Assembly: GCA_963667035.1 (NCBI GenBank)
Contig: OY762964.1
Coordinates: 1,792,001-1,856,000 of the forward strand
Direction of reading: 5' to 3'
Origin: Candidatus Cloacimonadales bacterium
Lineage (GTDB): Bacteria; Cloacimonadota; Cloacimonadia; Cloacimonadales; JAFGVF01
Length of the DNA stretch: 64,000 nucleotides
The position numbers and the translations under genes were made by a program. Every line of letters begins with the position of its first letter. The first letter of the stretch is position 1. Below the pieces are notes generated by a model. That model saw only the letters and a program-made list of their open reading frames with translations, had not been told where the DNA came from and searched no databases. This document shows positions 39,122 to 48,467 of the stretch, piece after piece.

Positions 39122-40228
39122 TTAATCGTCAAAGAATGGTAAAATCATCTGATCATCCGAGTTATCATCTGTATCTAGAGTTGAAACACAGATACCTATT
39201 AGTCTTATTTTTCTTCCTGCTGGCCATGATTCTAAAAAAAGATCTCTAGCTAATCGGAATATTTGTTCTCGACCATTAGTATAGTTTTTCACTGTAGCAG
39301 ACCTATTTATAAGCGTAAAATCGTTGTATTTAACTTTTATAGTTATTGTTCTACCTTTAACATCTTTAGCTTCCATCCTATCTGCAAGTCTATGAGCCGT
39401 TTGCTCTAAAGAAAGCATGATATCAGGTAAATGAGAAATATCTTTGTTAAAAGTTCTTTCCGTACTAATAGACTTTCTAATATGCTCATTATGTACCGGT
39501 CGATTATCTATTCCTCTGACAATATTATAGTAAAAGACACCCACTTTACCGAAGTGATTAATCATCTGTTGGAGACTCAGTTTCTTTAAATCTGCACCTG
39601 TTTTAATACCTAGATAATGCATTTTTGTTTCAGTGGACTTACCAACTCCATGGAATTTACCAATCGGGAGATTCTCAATAACCTCCTCAGCCATCTCAGG
39701 AGTTATAACATATAATCCGTCAGGTTTCTTCATCTCCGAAGCAATTTTAGCTAAAAACTTATTAAATGAAACTCCTGCAGATGCAGTTACTCTAACAGTA
39801 TTTACTATATCCTTCTTTATCATTTCAGCTATCCAAGTAGCCGATGGGATATTCTTTTTATTAACTGTAACATCTAGATATGCTTCATCTATTGATACAG
39901 GCTGAACCAGATCGGTGTAATTGTTGAATATCTCCATAATCTGCTGAGAAGCTTCTCTATAAGCTTCAAATCTTCCTCTAACAAATACAGCATGGGGGCA
40001 TAGTTTAACAGCTTGAAAACTAGGCATTGCAGAATGAATTCCAAATCTTCTGGCAATATAATTGCAAGTAGATACAACCCCTCTACTATTAGGAGGTCCT
40101 CCAACAATTACGGGTTTATCTGCCAGAGATGGATTATCCCTAATCTCAATAGCTGCAAAAAACATATCCATATCGACATGAATAATCTTTCGTATCTCTT
40201 TTTGGGAAGTATCAAATTTTAAAATCAT
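39122..40228 (-). CDS. dinB: DNA polymerase IV
   Basis: HVDMD.FFA, CNY.AR.FGIHSAM, SIDEAYLD, KFLAKIAS..KPDG. Confidence 0.95.
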   Translation of the reverse strand: MILKFDTSQKEIRKIIHVDMDMFFAAIEIRDNPSLADKPVIVGGPPNSRGVVSTCNYIARRFGIHSAMPSFQAVKLCPHAVFVRGRFEAYREASQQIMEIFNNYTDLVQPVSIDEAYLDVTVNKKNIPSATWIAEMIKKDIVNTVRVTASAGVSFNKFLAKIASEMKKPDGLYVITPEMAEEVIENLPIGKFHGVGKSTETKMHYLGIKTGADLKKLSLQQMINHFGKVGVFYYNIVRGIDNRPVHNEHIRKSISTERTFNKDISHLPDIMLSLEQTAHRLADRMEAKDVKGRTITIKVKYNDFTLINRSATVKNYTNGREQIFRLARDLFLESWPAGRKIRLIGICVSTLDTDDNSDDQMILPFFDD

Positions 40229-40233
40229 AATGC

Positions 40234-40262
40234 ATTATCTGGGGCTGGAAAAGAACTGTCAA
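40234..40262 (-). promoter_or_regulatory. Putative sigma70 promoter of dinB (near-leaderless)
   Basis: Minus strand TTGACA-N17-GATAAT, a few nt before the ATG. Confidence 0.55.
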
Positions 40263-40341
40263 AAAAAACTTTACGAATAAGAATATCTAAGATATTTAGA
40301 ATATGTACAAATAGCATCCGGAATAAAGAAATAGAGAGAAT

Positions 40342-40896
40342 ATGGCAAAAACAATTAAAGTATTGAAAAAGCACGACATAACATTACATGATAATGATTT
40401 TGTTATTGTCCCGCTAGAAGCTGATAAAGTTAAGCTTGTAGTTAAGTGGATACGTAAAAGTAATTTACTAACATTCATATTTCCTGAAGACAGATTACAA
40501 AAACTGACTAAGAAAGAGAGACTCGGACATAAGCTGTTCAGAGGTTTAATCATTCAATCGATGATTATTCATTGGAGTCATAAAGGACATGTTTTTTTAG
40601 TTAAAAAAAACGATAAGTTGATAGGATTCACAGCTTCATGGTTACTTGATAAAGATAGAAATGCTTTCCGAATTCCGTTATACTTAATACCTGATGAAAG
40701 GAGAAAAGGTTACGGTTCAAAGATTCTAACAATGGTTGCCGAGTTTATCAAACTCTCTTCACCATCTTCTATTATATTGGTACCAAGTATCCCACAAACA
40801 GAAGACATAATTGTTAATTTTTATAAAAAGAACCACTTCAATATAATCGATAACTCAGAGCAAACCAATTTTACTATGTATAGGAAGAATGTTTAG
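40342..40896 (+). CDS. GNAT family N-acetyltransferase
   Basis: LIGF, P..RRKGYGS acetyl-CoA motif, FYKK..F. Confidence 0.7.
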   Translation: MAKTIKVLKKHDITLHDNDFVIVPLEADKVKLVVKWIRKSNLLTFIFPEDRLQKLTKKERLGHKLFRGLIIQSMIIHWSHKGHVFLVKKNDKLIGFTASWLLDKDRNAFRIPLYLIPDERRKGYGSKILTMVAEFIKLSSPSSIILVPSIPQTEDIIVNFYKKNHFNIIDNSEQTNFTMYRKNV

Positions 40897-42010
40897 GAAA
40901 ATACTGATACTACTATTTTTGCTAATTCTTGTACATCTTAGTTCTCAAGATAACCTGAACGAGAAGAAAGAGGAACTGAAGAAATTGGAAGATGAACTTA
41001 ATCTATCAAAACAAAAGCTATTGGAAACAGAAAGTTTGAAAAAGAAAAAAGAGAACTCGCTCAGTTCTTCAATAGTTTTGAAAAAACAAACAGAGATACA
41101 GTTAAAAGACTTAGCAAAGAAAGAACGTATGAATAAAGATTCCCTATGGGTTGCTCATGTTAGACTTCTTAATGCTAAGAGGAGAATAAATCGAAGCTCC
41201 GATCTTCTTAACAATGAGTTTCACTATTTGTATTTGGAGGACACAATAGGGGATTTGGATCCTGACTCTATGATAGATGCAATGCTGTTGGCAACTGCTA
41301 CAAGCGTGACTAATAATCTTATCAATACAACTGAAACGAAGAAGAGCGATTTACAAAAAAGTAAAGAAATGAAGGAAGAGGTTTATAATCAAGTTTTTGG
41401 AGCAATGAACCAAGCTAAGAAAGATGAGCTTCATGTTAGTTCAACAGTAAATAAACTTAGAAATGAGGTAAAAAGTCTTGATGAAAGGAAAAAAGCTGAA
41501 GAAATTGCAATCAAAGAACTGGAAGAATCGCTTTCCCAATTGCAGGAGTTAATCACACGACTTGAGAAAGATGCAACAAAAACAGATAGAGATTATAAGT
41601 TTGATAATGAACATCTAAGTTGGCCGGTCAAAGGGAAAATCATAGCAGACTATGGATTGCAAAAAAATCCCTTGCATGGTACAACAACTTTGAATAATGG
41701 AATTGAAATACAGGTAGAAGTTGGTTCCGAAGTTAAAGCTGCAGCGAAAGGCAAGGTAGTATTTGCCGAGAACTATATGCGACTCGGTAATGTCGTTGTT
41801 ATTGATCATTTGAATGGATATATGACAGTTTATTCGTATAACAGTTCTCTCTTAACCAAAAAGGGTGAAGAACTGGAAGAAGGGGATGTAATAGCTTTAA
41901 GTGGAGAAAAGCCACGTTCGGGGGAAGCATGTTTACATTTCGAGATTAGAAAAGATGGGAAGCCAATAGATCCGCTAAATTTTCTAGAGAGAAAAGGAGT
42001 TAGTTTTTGA
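40889..42010 (+). CDS. Murein hydrolase activator EnvC-like (coiled coil + degenerate M23 domain)
   Basis: Signal peptide, coiled coil, WPVKG, NNGIEI, LHFEIR..GKPIDP. Confidence 0.85.
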   Translation: MFRKILILLFLLILVHLSSQDNLNEKKEELKKLEDELNLSKQKLLETESLKKKKENSLSSSIVLKKQTEIQLKDLAKKERMNKDSLWVAHVRLLNAKRRINRSSDLLNNEFHYLYLEDTIGDLDPDSMIDAMLLATATSVTNNLINTTETKKSDLQKSKEMKEEVYNQVFGAMNQAKKDELHVSSTVNKLRNEVKSLDERKKAEEIAIKELEESLSQLQELITRLEKDATKTDRDYKFDNEHLSWPVKGKIIADYGLQKNPLHGTTTLNNGIEIQVEVGSEVKAAAKGKVVFAENYMRLGNVVVIDHLNGYMTVYSYNSSLLTKKGEELEEGDVIALSGEKPRSGEACLHFEIRKDGKPIDPLNFLERKGVSF

Positions 42011-43086
42011 AAACTTATAGAATAATGAAACCGGCAGATGTTGAGAAGATTCATAAGAAGTATTGGAAAGATAATAGTGTTTTTCTTCACCATACCGGAG
42101 ACATGTTTGGAATAGGATGCTCAGTTGATTCTAATGATGCTATTGAAAGAATATCCAATCTAAAAATGCGTGACAATAGCAAAGGATATATTGTACTGAT
42201 TCCTCATCTTGAATGGCTTTCTGATAACGGATTTAAAGTGTATCCATCTGTAAAACGACTCCTATCACAGTATTGGCCAGGAAATCTAACCATGCTTTTT
42301 AAGAATACCCTTCCTCAACTCAACCACTTGGCTATGAACGGTAAAATAGCCTTTAGAGTTCCGGGAAATCCGGGGTTATGTGATTTTATTGATAAATTAG
42401 GATCTCCAATTGTAAGCACAAGTATTAATATTTCCGGTCTCCCCTATTTAAGCTCACTCCAAGAGATTAAACAAAAAGCTTCGGATTGGTTTGATTTTGC
42501 AATTCTGCCGGATAGAGCTACTACAAAAAGAGAAGCTCGTCCCTCAACAATTATTGAGATTGAGGACAATAATCTTAAGTGTTTACGAGAAGGTTCCATT
42601 CCTTATTACGAGATTCGTAATTCATTTGCAAAGTCATTAATTCTTTTTGTTTGTACGGGAAATGTGTGCAGAAGTCCTATTGCCGAATATCTGTTAAGAG
42701 AGAGGATTCAGAATAATAATCTACCATTCAGTGTTGCTTCGGCGGGGACATTAAAAGATTATAAAAGCGGAATATCCCTTTTCTCGGGGCAATTATTACA
42801 AGAAGCTGGGATAGATGCATCCCAACATGCCTCTCAACCTGTAACCGAGAAATTGTTATCCGAGAGTTGGCTAGTACTTACAATGGAGAAAAGGCATAAA
42901 GATGAGCTTTTAAACAGATACCCTGAGTTTGGGTTTAAAATATTTACTTTAAGTGAGTATGCAAATATGGAGGGTGATGTTGATGACCCATATGGAAAAG
43001 AACTTGAAGATTATCAGAGAGCTTATTCCGAAATATCAACAAGAATTGATGTAATTTATAATAAAATAATAGAAGAAGGTAATTGA
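42007..43086 (+). CDS. Fusion of a TsaC/Sua5 (YrdC) domain and a low-molecular-weight protein phosphatase
   Basis: K.R, WPG.LT, RVP, STS.NISG, PSTI, LREG; then [17 protein letters not shown]. Confidence 0.85.
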   Translation: MKTYRIMKPADVEKIHKKYWKDNSVFLHHTGDMFGIGCSVDSNDAIERISNLKMRDNSKGYIVLIPHLEWLSDNGFKVYPSVKRLLSQYWPGNLTMLFKNTLPQLNHLAMNGKIAFRVPGNPGLCDFIDKLGSPIVSTSINISGLPYLSSLQEIKQKASDWFDFAILPDRATTKREARPSTIIEIEDNNLKCLREGSIPYYEIRNSFAKSLILFVCTGNVCRSPIAEYLLRERIQNNNLPFSVASAGTLKDYKSGISLFSGQLLQEAGIDASQHASQPVTEKLLSESWLVLTMEKRHKDELLNRYPEFGFKIFTLSEYANMEGDVDDPYGKELEDYQRAYSEISTRIDVIYNKIIEEGN

Positions 43087-43087
43087 A

Positions 43088-45295
43088 ATGATTGAACCTA
43101 TAATCACTAAAGAAATAATTGAAGAGCATGGTTTAAACGAATCTGAGTATCAACTTGTTTTGGATACTTTGAAGAGAGAACCTACATTTACTGAGCTGGG
43201 AATTATTTCCGTTATGTGGTCTGAGCATGCGTCTTATAAAAACTCTGTTAATCTTCTTAAAACACTCCCCAAAGATGGTGAGTTTATGCTAGCTAAAGCT
43301 GGTGAAGAGAATGCTGGAGTTGTTGATATAGGTGATGGACTAGCAGTATCATTTAAAATTGAAAGTCACAATCATCCATCAGCTGTTGAGCCTTATCATG
43401 GAGCAGCAACAGGTGTTGGAGGTATTTTGAGAGATATTTTTACTATGGGAGCTCGTCCTGTGGCAGCCCTTAACTCTTTACGATTTGGTAATCCCGATAA
43501 CCCTCAAGTTAAGCACTTAATGAAAGGGGTAGTTGATGGTATTGCTGATTATGGTAATTGCTTTGGTGTACCTACTGTTGGCGGCGAAATTTATTTTGAA
43601 GACAGTTATGAGGGAAATCCTCTTGTAAATGCTATGGCTGTAGGAATTCTCAAGCACGAAAACCTTGCCAAGTCATCTGCTAAGGGTGTTGGTAATCTTG
43701 TCGTTTACGTAGGAGCAAAGACAGGTAGAGACGGTATTCACGGAGCAACTTTTGCCTCAGTTGAATTAACCGATGAATCAGAATCAAAACGCACGGCTGT
43801 TCAAGTTGGTGACCCTTTCATGGAAAAACTTCTTTTAGAAGCAACTCTTGAAGTTATACAAGCAGGGCTGGTAGTCGGTATTCAAGATATGGGAGCTGCC
43901 GGTTTAACATGTTCAAGTTCGGAAATGGCCGGAAAGACAGGTGTTGGTATTGAACTTGATGTCAGGAAAGTACCTGCTCGCGAAACAGGTATGACTCCTT
44001 ATGAAATCATGCTTTCCGAGTCACAAGAGCGAATGCTTATGATTGTGGAACCAAACAATTTTGATAAGGTGCAAGCAATATTTGAAAAGTGGGATTTACA
44101 TGCTGAGATAATAGGTAAAGTTACTGATAATGGTAATCTTAGAGTATTAGACAATGGAGAACTTAAAGCCGAGTTACCTGCTAAAATGCTTGTTCTAGGT
44201 GGAGATGCTCCAAGATATAATAGAGAAACTAAAGAACCAGAATACTTAAAAGAAACAAGAAACTTCAATCCTGACAATGTAAAACAACCTGATAATTACG
44301 CTGAAGTGTTGAAGAAACTTCTTGGAACTAAGAACATAGCAAGTAAGAAAAGTGTTTACCGGCAATATGATCACATGGTTCAAATCAACACAATGGTAGA
44401 ACCAGGTTCTGATGCAGCGGTCATAAGAATTAAAGATAGTAATAAAGCAATAGCAATGGCAACTGATTGTAACGGCAGACACTGCTATCTTGACCCTTAT
44501 GAGGGAACTAAAGGTGCGGTCGCTGAATCTGCACGTAACGTTGTTTGTTCCGGAGCAAAGCCTGTAGCAATAACCAACTGTTTAAATTTCGGTAATCCTT
44601 ACAAACCTGAAGTGTATTGGACATTCTCAGAAGCAATCAGAGGAATGAAAGATGCTTGTCTTGCTTTCGGCACTCCAGTTACAGGTGGTAACGTATCATT
44701 TTATAATGAAAACCCGGAAACAGCTATTTATCCGACTCCGACAATTGGCATGTTAGGAATCGTTGCCGATAGAAGTAAAACCATAACTCAATATTTCAAA
44801 AGTATTAATGATGTAATCATTCTTTTAGGAAATGAATGTAACGAAGTAGGAGGATCTGAATATCTCAAAGACTTTCATGGCATGATTAAAGGTATGCCAC
44901 CGAAAGTTAACTTGGAATTGGAATCCAAACTATATGAGTTAGTGTTGGAATTAGCTGATGAAAAGCTTATCAAATCTGCTCACGATTGTTCTGATGGTGG
45001 ATTAGCTGTAGCCTTAGCTGAATGTTCTTTCTTAACTAATGATAAGAATCTTGGTGTAGAAGTCAATTATGATTGGAAAAATAGACCGGACTTTGCCTTG
45101 TTTGGTGAATCTCACTCAAATATAGTAATTACTTCCTCCCCGGACCAGCTGGATAGAGTAAAAACTATTATTGACAAATATAACTTTCCATATTCAATAT
45201 TGGGTAGAGTTATTGAAAATAAATTCATGATAAATAATTTGATTGATTGCAGTACTCAAGAGTTAAGACAAAAATGGGATTCTGCCTTCGATTAA
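43088..45295 (+). CDS. purL: Phosphoribosylformylglycinamidine synthase subunit PurL
   Basis: [47 protein letters not shown]. Confidence 0.96.
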   Translation: MIEPIITKEIIEEHGLNESEYQLVLDTLKREPTFTELGIISVMWSEHASYKNSVNLLKTLPKDGEFMLAKAGEENAGVVDIGDGLAVSFKIESHNHPSAVEPYHGAATGVGGILRDIFTMGARPVAALNSLRFGNPDNPQVKHLMKGVVDGIADYGNCFGVPTVGGEIYFEDSYEGNPLVNAMAVGILKHENLAKSSAKGVGNLVVYVGAKTGRDGIHGATFASVELTDESESKRTAVQVGDPFMEKLLLEATLEVIQAGLVVGIQDMGAAGLTCSSSEMAGKTGVGIELDVRKVPARETGMTPYEIMLSESQERMLMIVEPNNFDKVQAIFEKWDLHAEIIGKVTDNGNLRVLDNGELKAELPAKMLVLGGDAPRYNRETKEPEYLKETRNFNPDNVKQPDNYAEVLKKLLGTKNIASKKSVYRQYDHMVQINTMVEPGSDAAVIRIKDSNKAIAMATDCNGRHCYLDPYEGTKGAVAESARNVVCSGAKPVAITNCLNFGNPYKPEVYWTFSEAIRGMKDACLAFGTPVTGGNVSFYNENPETAIYPTPTIGMLGIVADRSKTITQYFKSINDVIILLGNECNEVGGSEYLKDFHGMIKGMPPKVNLELESKLYELVLELADEKLIKSAHDCSDGGLAVALAECSFLTNDKNLGVEVNYDWKNRPDFALFGESHSNIVITSSPDQLDRVKTIIDKYNFPYSILGRVIENKFMINNLIDCSTQELRQKWDSAFD

Positions 45296-45305
45296 AGGAG
45301 GGAAC

Positions 45306-45476
45306 ATGAGTAATAAGAAATTCAGTTGGTTTAACCTGATAATAGGTTTAGGTTTTATCCTCTGGGGTGCCTCGGTTATTGTTAAAACGGTTTGGGGTAT
45401 AGATATACCTGTTTTCAAACCTCTACTTGGAATTGTCATTATTGCTTTTGGAGCAAGAATGATTTTTGATAAATAA
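45306..45476 (+). CDS. 56-aa two-TM membrane protein (LiaI/LiaF-TM-like)
   Basis: Not in the ORF track. AGGAGG RBS; MSNKKFSWFNLIIGLGFILWGASVIVKTVWGIDIPVFKPLLGIVIIAFGARMIFDK. Confidence 0.75.
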   Translation: MSNKKFSWFNLIIGLGFILWGASVIVKTVWGIDIPVFKPLLGIVIIAFGARMIFDK

Positions 45477-45484
45477 AGGAGTAA

Positions 45485-46066
45485 ATGATGAGAAACTTTA
45501 TTTTTTCAGGAGCATACTGGGGCATAATACTGGTATTAATTGGACTCGGATACGTCTTTAATTCGGTTGCCGATAAGCACCTACCTATCTTTAGAATGGC
45601 TGTTGGTGTTGTGATACTCTCGATTGGTATTCAGATAGTCTATTCTGCATTATCACCAAAGAAATCAAGCTACACTGTTTTCAGAGAAACAACAGTTAAC
45701 CATGACACATCCGGTTCATATTCAGTAGTTTTCGGAGCGACTACAATTGACCTTTCAAATGTGGACTTATCGCAAGGAGATGTAAAGAAAAGAATAGAGT
45801 GCGTATTCGGTTCTGCAGAGATATACATTCCTCGTGATGTCGACGTAGAAATTAAAGCGGAAACCGTGTTCGGTAACACTGAATCTCCATTTGGTGATTC
45901 TTCAGGTTTTGGAGATAGAAAGTTTGTTCAGAAAGGAACAGAAGAAAAGACTCATCGTCTCATCATTAAATCCGAATGTGTTTTTGGTAATGTAGAATTC
46001 CTTTATAAAAAGGCTAAAAAGAAAGAAGTAGTGCAAGAGGTAAAAGAGGATACTACCTCTTACTAG
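45485..46066 (+). CDS. LiaF-like (DUF2154) membrane protein
   Basis: Two TMs, then repeated VFG motifs (VFGATTIDL, CVFGSAEIYIP, VFGN). Confidence 0.75.
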   Translation: MMRNFIFSGAYWGIILVLIGLGYVFNSVADKHLPIFRMAVGVVILSIGIQIVYSALSPKKSSYTVFRETTVNHDTSGSYSVVFGATTIDLSNVDLSQGDVKKRIECVFGSAEIYIPRDVDVEIKAETVFGNTESPFGDSSGFGDRKFVQKGTEEKTHRLIIKSECVFGNVEFLYKKAKKKEVVQEVKEDTTSY

Positions 46067-46072
46067 ATCATT

Positions 46073-48241
46073 ATGAGGGTGAAGACAAAAACTTCACCCC
46101 TCTTTTTTCTTTTCCTTATGCTAATCACTCCCCTGTGGAGTGAGCAGCGTATAGGGTTAGCATTAAGTGGTGGTGGAGCTAGAGGATATGCACATATAGG
46201 AGTGCTGAAAGTATTGGATGAAGAAGGGATAAAACCGGACTACATTGCAGGTACGTCTATAGGGTCACTAATCGGAGCTTTATATTCAAAAGGATATTCA
46301 GCTCTTGAAATAGAGAAAATGGCTTTGGACGGTAGACTCAATCTTTTAGCTGAAAGCACAAACAACCGTAGCGAAATACATATCATGCAAAAGCATTGGC
46401 AACCATACGGTAACTTCAAAGTACCTCTTTCCAAGTATTTTGTACCTATTATTCCATCCGGACTTGAGTATGGTCAACAATTGCAACTGCATCTATTTGA
46501 GCTCTTCTTTCCCGATTACTATCTTGATTCGTTTGATTCACTCCAAACTCCTTTTAGAGCTGTATCGACTAACTTTAAATCAGGAGAATTAGAGGCATTT
46601 AATTCAGGAACACTCAATGAAGTATGTCGGGCCTCAATGAACACACCAAGTTTACTTGAACCTTTTAGTTATAAGAATAATCTATATGTAGACGGTGGAT
46701 TAGTGCAAAATCTTCCTTGTGAAACTGTTGTTAAAATAGGGTCTGATTATGTTATCGCTTCAAAAGTTAACAGTAAACTAAGGGAAAATCCTGAATTTAA
46801 CAATTTTGTACAGAATTTCGATCAAGCAATGAATATCGCTATCACCGAAAACGTTAAGAAATCCATTCGATGCTGTAGTTTATTAATAGAACCGGATCTA
46901 TCCGGAATAACCAATTATCAATTCAACCTGATTAAAGAGATAATAGACTTAGGCGAAACCGAAGCGAGAAAGCACATTGAAGATCTGAGGAATCTAAAAC
47001 ATTCGGATAATTCGAAGTATCACACTCTCTCATTATCTAGTATTGATGATAGAAGTAAGATATCATTTACAAAGCTAATGGTTGAAGGGAATAAAGGTTT
47101 TTCTTCCCTCCAGATTAAAGAATTCTTACAACTTGAGAAGAATGTGAAATATACTGCTCAAGAAATTACTTCTGCTTTTGATAAAGCTTATAGCACCGGA
47201 TTATTCGAATTCATATATCCGCGACTTGTTAAGAAAAATAATAAAGTATACTTATATGCTATTCTTAAAGAAAAACCCCAGAAGCATCTATCTTTAAACC
47301 TATCCTACAACAATTATGAAGACTTATGTGCCGGAGTAGTCTTTGAGTTCACTAACTATCTAGTAAGAAACTCTCAATTGTTAATGGAGATAGAGATGGG
47401 TGGAAGAAATGAGGTTCAAATGGACTTTGTAAAGAACTATGGTAGATACAGCGGAATGTACTTTAGACTTTTCCCCTATTATAAAGAATCTAAACTATAT
47501 ACTTACGATCAAAAATTCTGGCGAACAGGTAGCTTCTTAGCACAAGAGTATGGAGCTACAGCAGGGTTAGGCTTTTACTTCGGTCAACTCTTCAACATTG
47601 AATTATTCTCATATGAGTATAACTTCGATATAGTACGTGGTGTTGATGATGCTTCCATTGATGAAAAGACCTCATCTTTCGGTGTTGGATTTAAGATAAA
47701 CCAAGATTCAATAGACAATGTTAGCTTCCCTATGTCAGGTTCAAGATTCATGTTTAAGCTCAATCTTGCTCATCCTGATTATCTTAGTGATGTTAAGACT
47801 CAAAAGATACACGGCAAAGTATTGTTTTGTGATCATTTACTAGACAATCTATCCCTAAGTTTAAGTAGTGAATACGGTTCCTATTTGAAATATTCGGATG
47901 TATCCCAATACCAGGATTTTTTTATAGGAGGAGTGGATAGTTTCCCTGGATATAGGGCAAAGCAGATATCAGCACCTTCATTTAAAACTTTTAGTTTCGG
48001 TTTAAACTGGAAAATATACAACAACTTATTCCTTCAAGGATATGCAGGAGTTATCAATTATTCCGATAGTGACGATTGGGATCCTTGGAGTAATTTTGTT
48101 AACGGTGGCTCTATCTCTCTAGGTTATAACACAATAGCAGGTCCAATAAAACTAGGTGTAGGCACTAATGAAGAAACAGAACCCGATTTCTTCATTAGTT
48201 TCGGATTTAGTCACGATATCTTTGAATTCTCTCATAGATAA
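46073..48241 (+). CDS. Patatin-like phospholipase with POTRA and beta-barrel (PlpD/type Vd-like)
   Basis: LSGGGARG.AHIGVL, GTSIG, DGG, POTRA-like VEGN segment, C-terminal GPI.L barrel strands. Confidence 0.85.
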   Translation: MRVKTKTSPLFFLFLMLITPLWSEQRIGLALSGGGARGYAHIGVLKVLDEEGIKPDYIAGTSIGSLIGALYSKGYSALEIEKMALDGRLNLLAESTNNRSEIHIMQKHWQPYGNFKVPLSKYFVPIIPSGLEYGQQLQLHLFELFFPDYYLDSFDSLQTPFRAVSTNFKSGELEAFNSGTLNEVCRASMNTPSLLEPFSYKNNLYVDGGLVQNLPCETVVKIGSDYVIASKVNSKLRENPEFNNFVQNFDQAMNIAITENVKKSIRCCSLLIEPDLSGITNYQFNLIKEIIDLGETEARKHIEDLRNLKHSDNSKYHTLSLSSIDDRSKISFTKLMVEGNKGFSSLQIKEFLQLEKNVKYTAQEITSAFDKAYSTGLFEFIYPRLVKKNNKVYLYAILKEKPQKHLSLNLSYNNYEDLCAGVVFEFTNYLVRNSQLLMEIEMGGRNEVQMDFVKNYGRYSGMYFRLFPYYKESKLYTYDQKFWRTGSFLAQEYGATAGLGFYFGQLFNIELFSYEYNFDIVRGVDDASIDEKTSSFGVGFKINQDSIDNVSFPMSGSRFMFKLNLAHPDYLSDVKTQKIHGKVLFCDHLLDNLSLSLSSEYGSYLKYSDVSQYQDFFIGGVDSFPGYRAKQISAPSFKTFSFGLNWKIYNNLFLQGYAGVINYSDSDDWDPWSNFVNGGSISLGYNTIAGPIKLGVGTNEETEPDFFISFGFSHDIFEFSHR

Positions 48242-48347
48242 TCAGCAATTTTATTTACTGAAATATTCAGTATACCTCCCGGCTTTAAAAAACATTCAAT
48301 CTTGTTATGGATAGAATTCTATTGTAATGAAGTTGTATCATATCTGC

Positions 48348-48417
48348 CGACTTCGTCGTCACTGCAACTCAGGGGAGTTGCAGTACAATCGTAGTGCAAG
48401 TGCTCTCTCTTGCACAT
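48348..48417 (-). repeat. REP-like composite element; inverted copy of the 23.6-kb unit
   Basis: 48348-48386 is the reverse complement of 23639-23677 with one mismatch; adjacent GTAG-TGCAAG..CTTGCAC hairpin. Confidence 0.85.
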
Positions 48418-48420
48418 AAC

Positions 48421-48445
48421 AAAAGGGCTGATTTCTCAGCCCTTT
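48421..48445 (-). terminator. Intrinsic (possibly bidirectional) terminator of hutU
   Basis: AAAAGGGCTGA-tttc-TCAGCCCTTT between convergent genes. Confidence 0.8.
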
Positions 48446-48467
48446 AACGTACTTTATATTCTCTATC

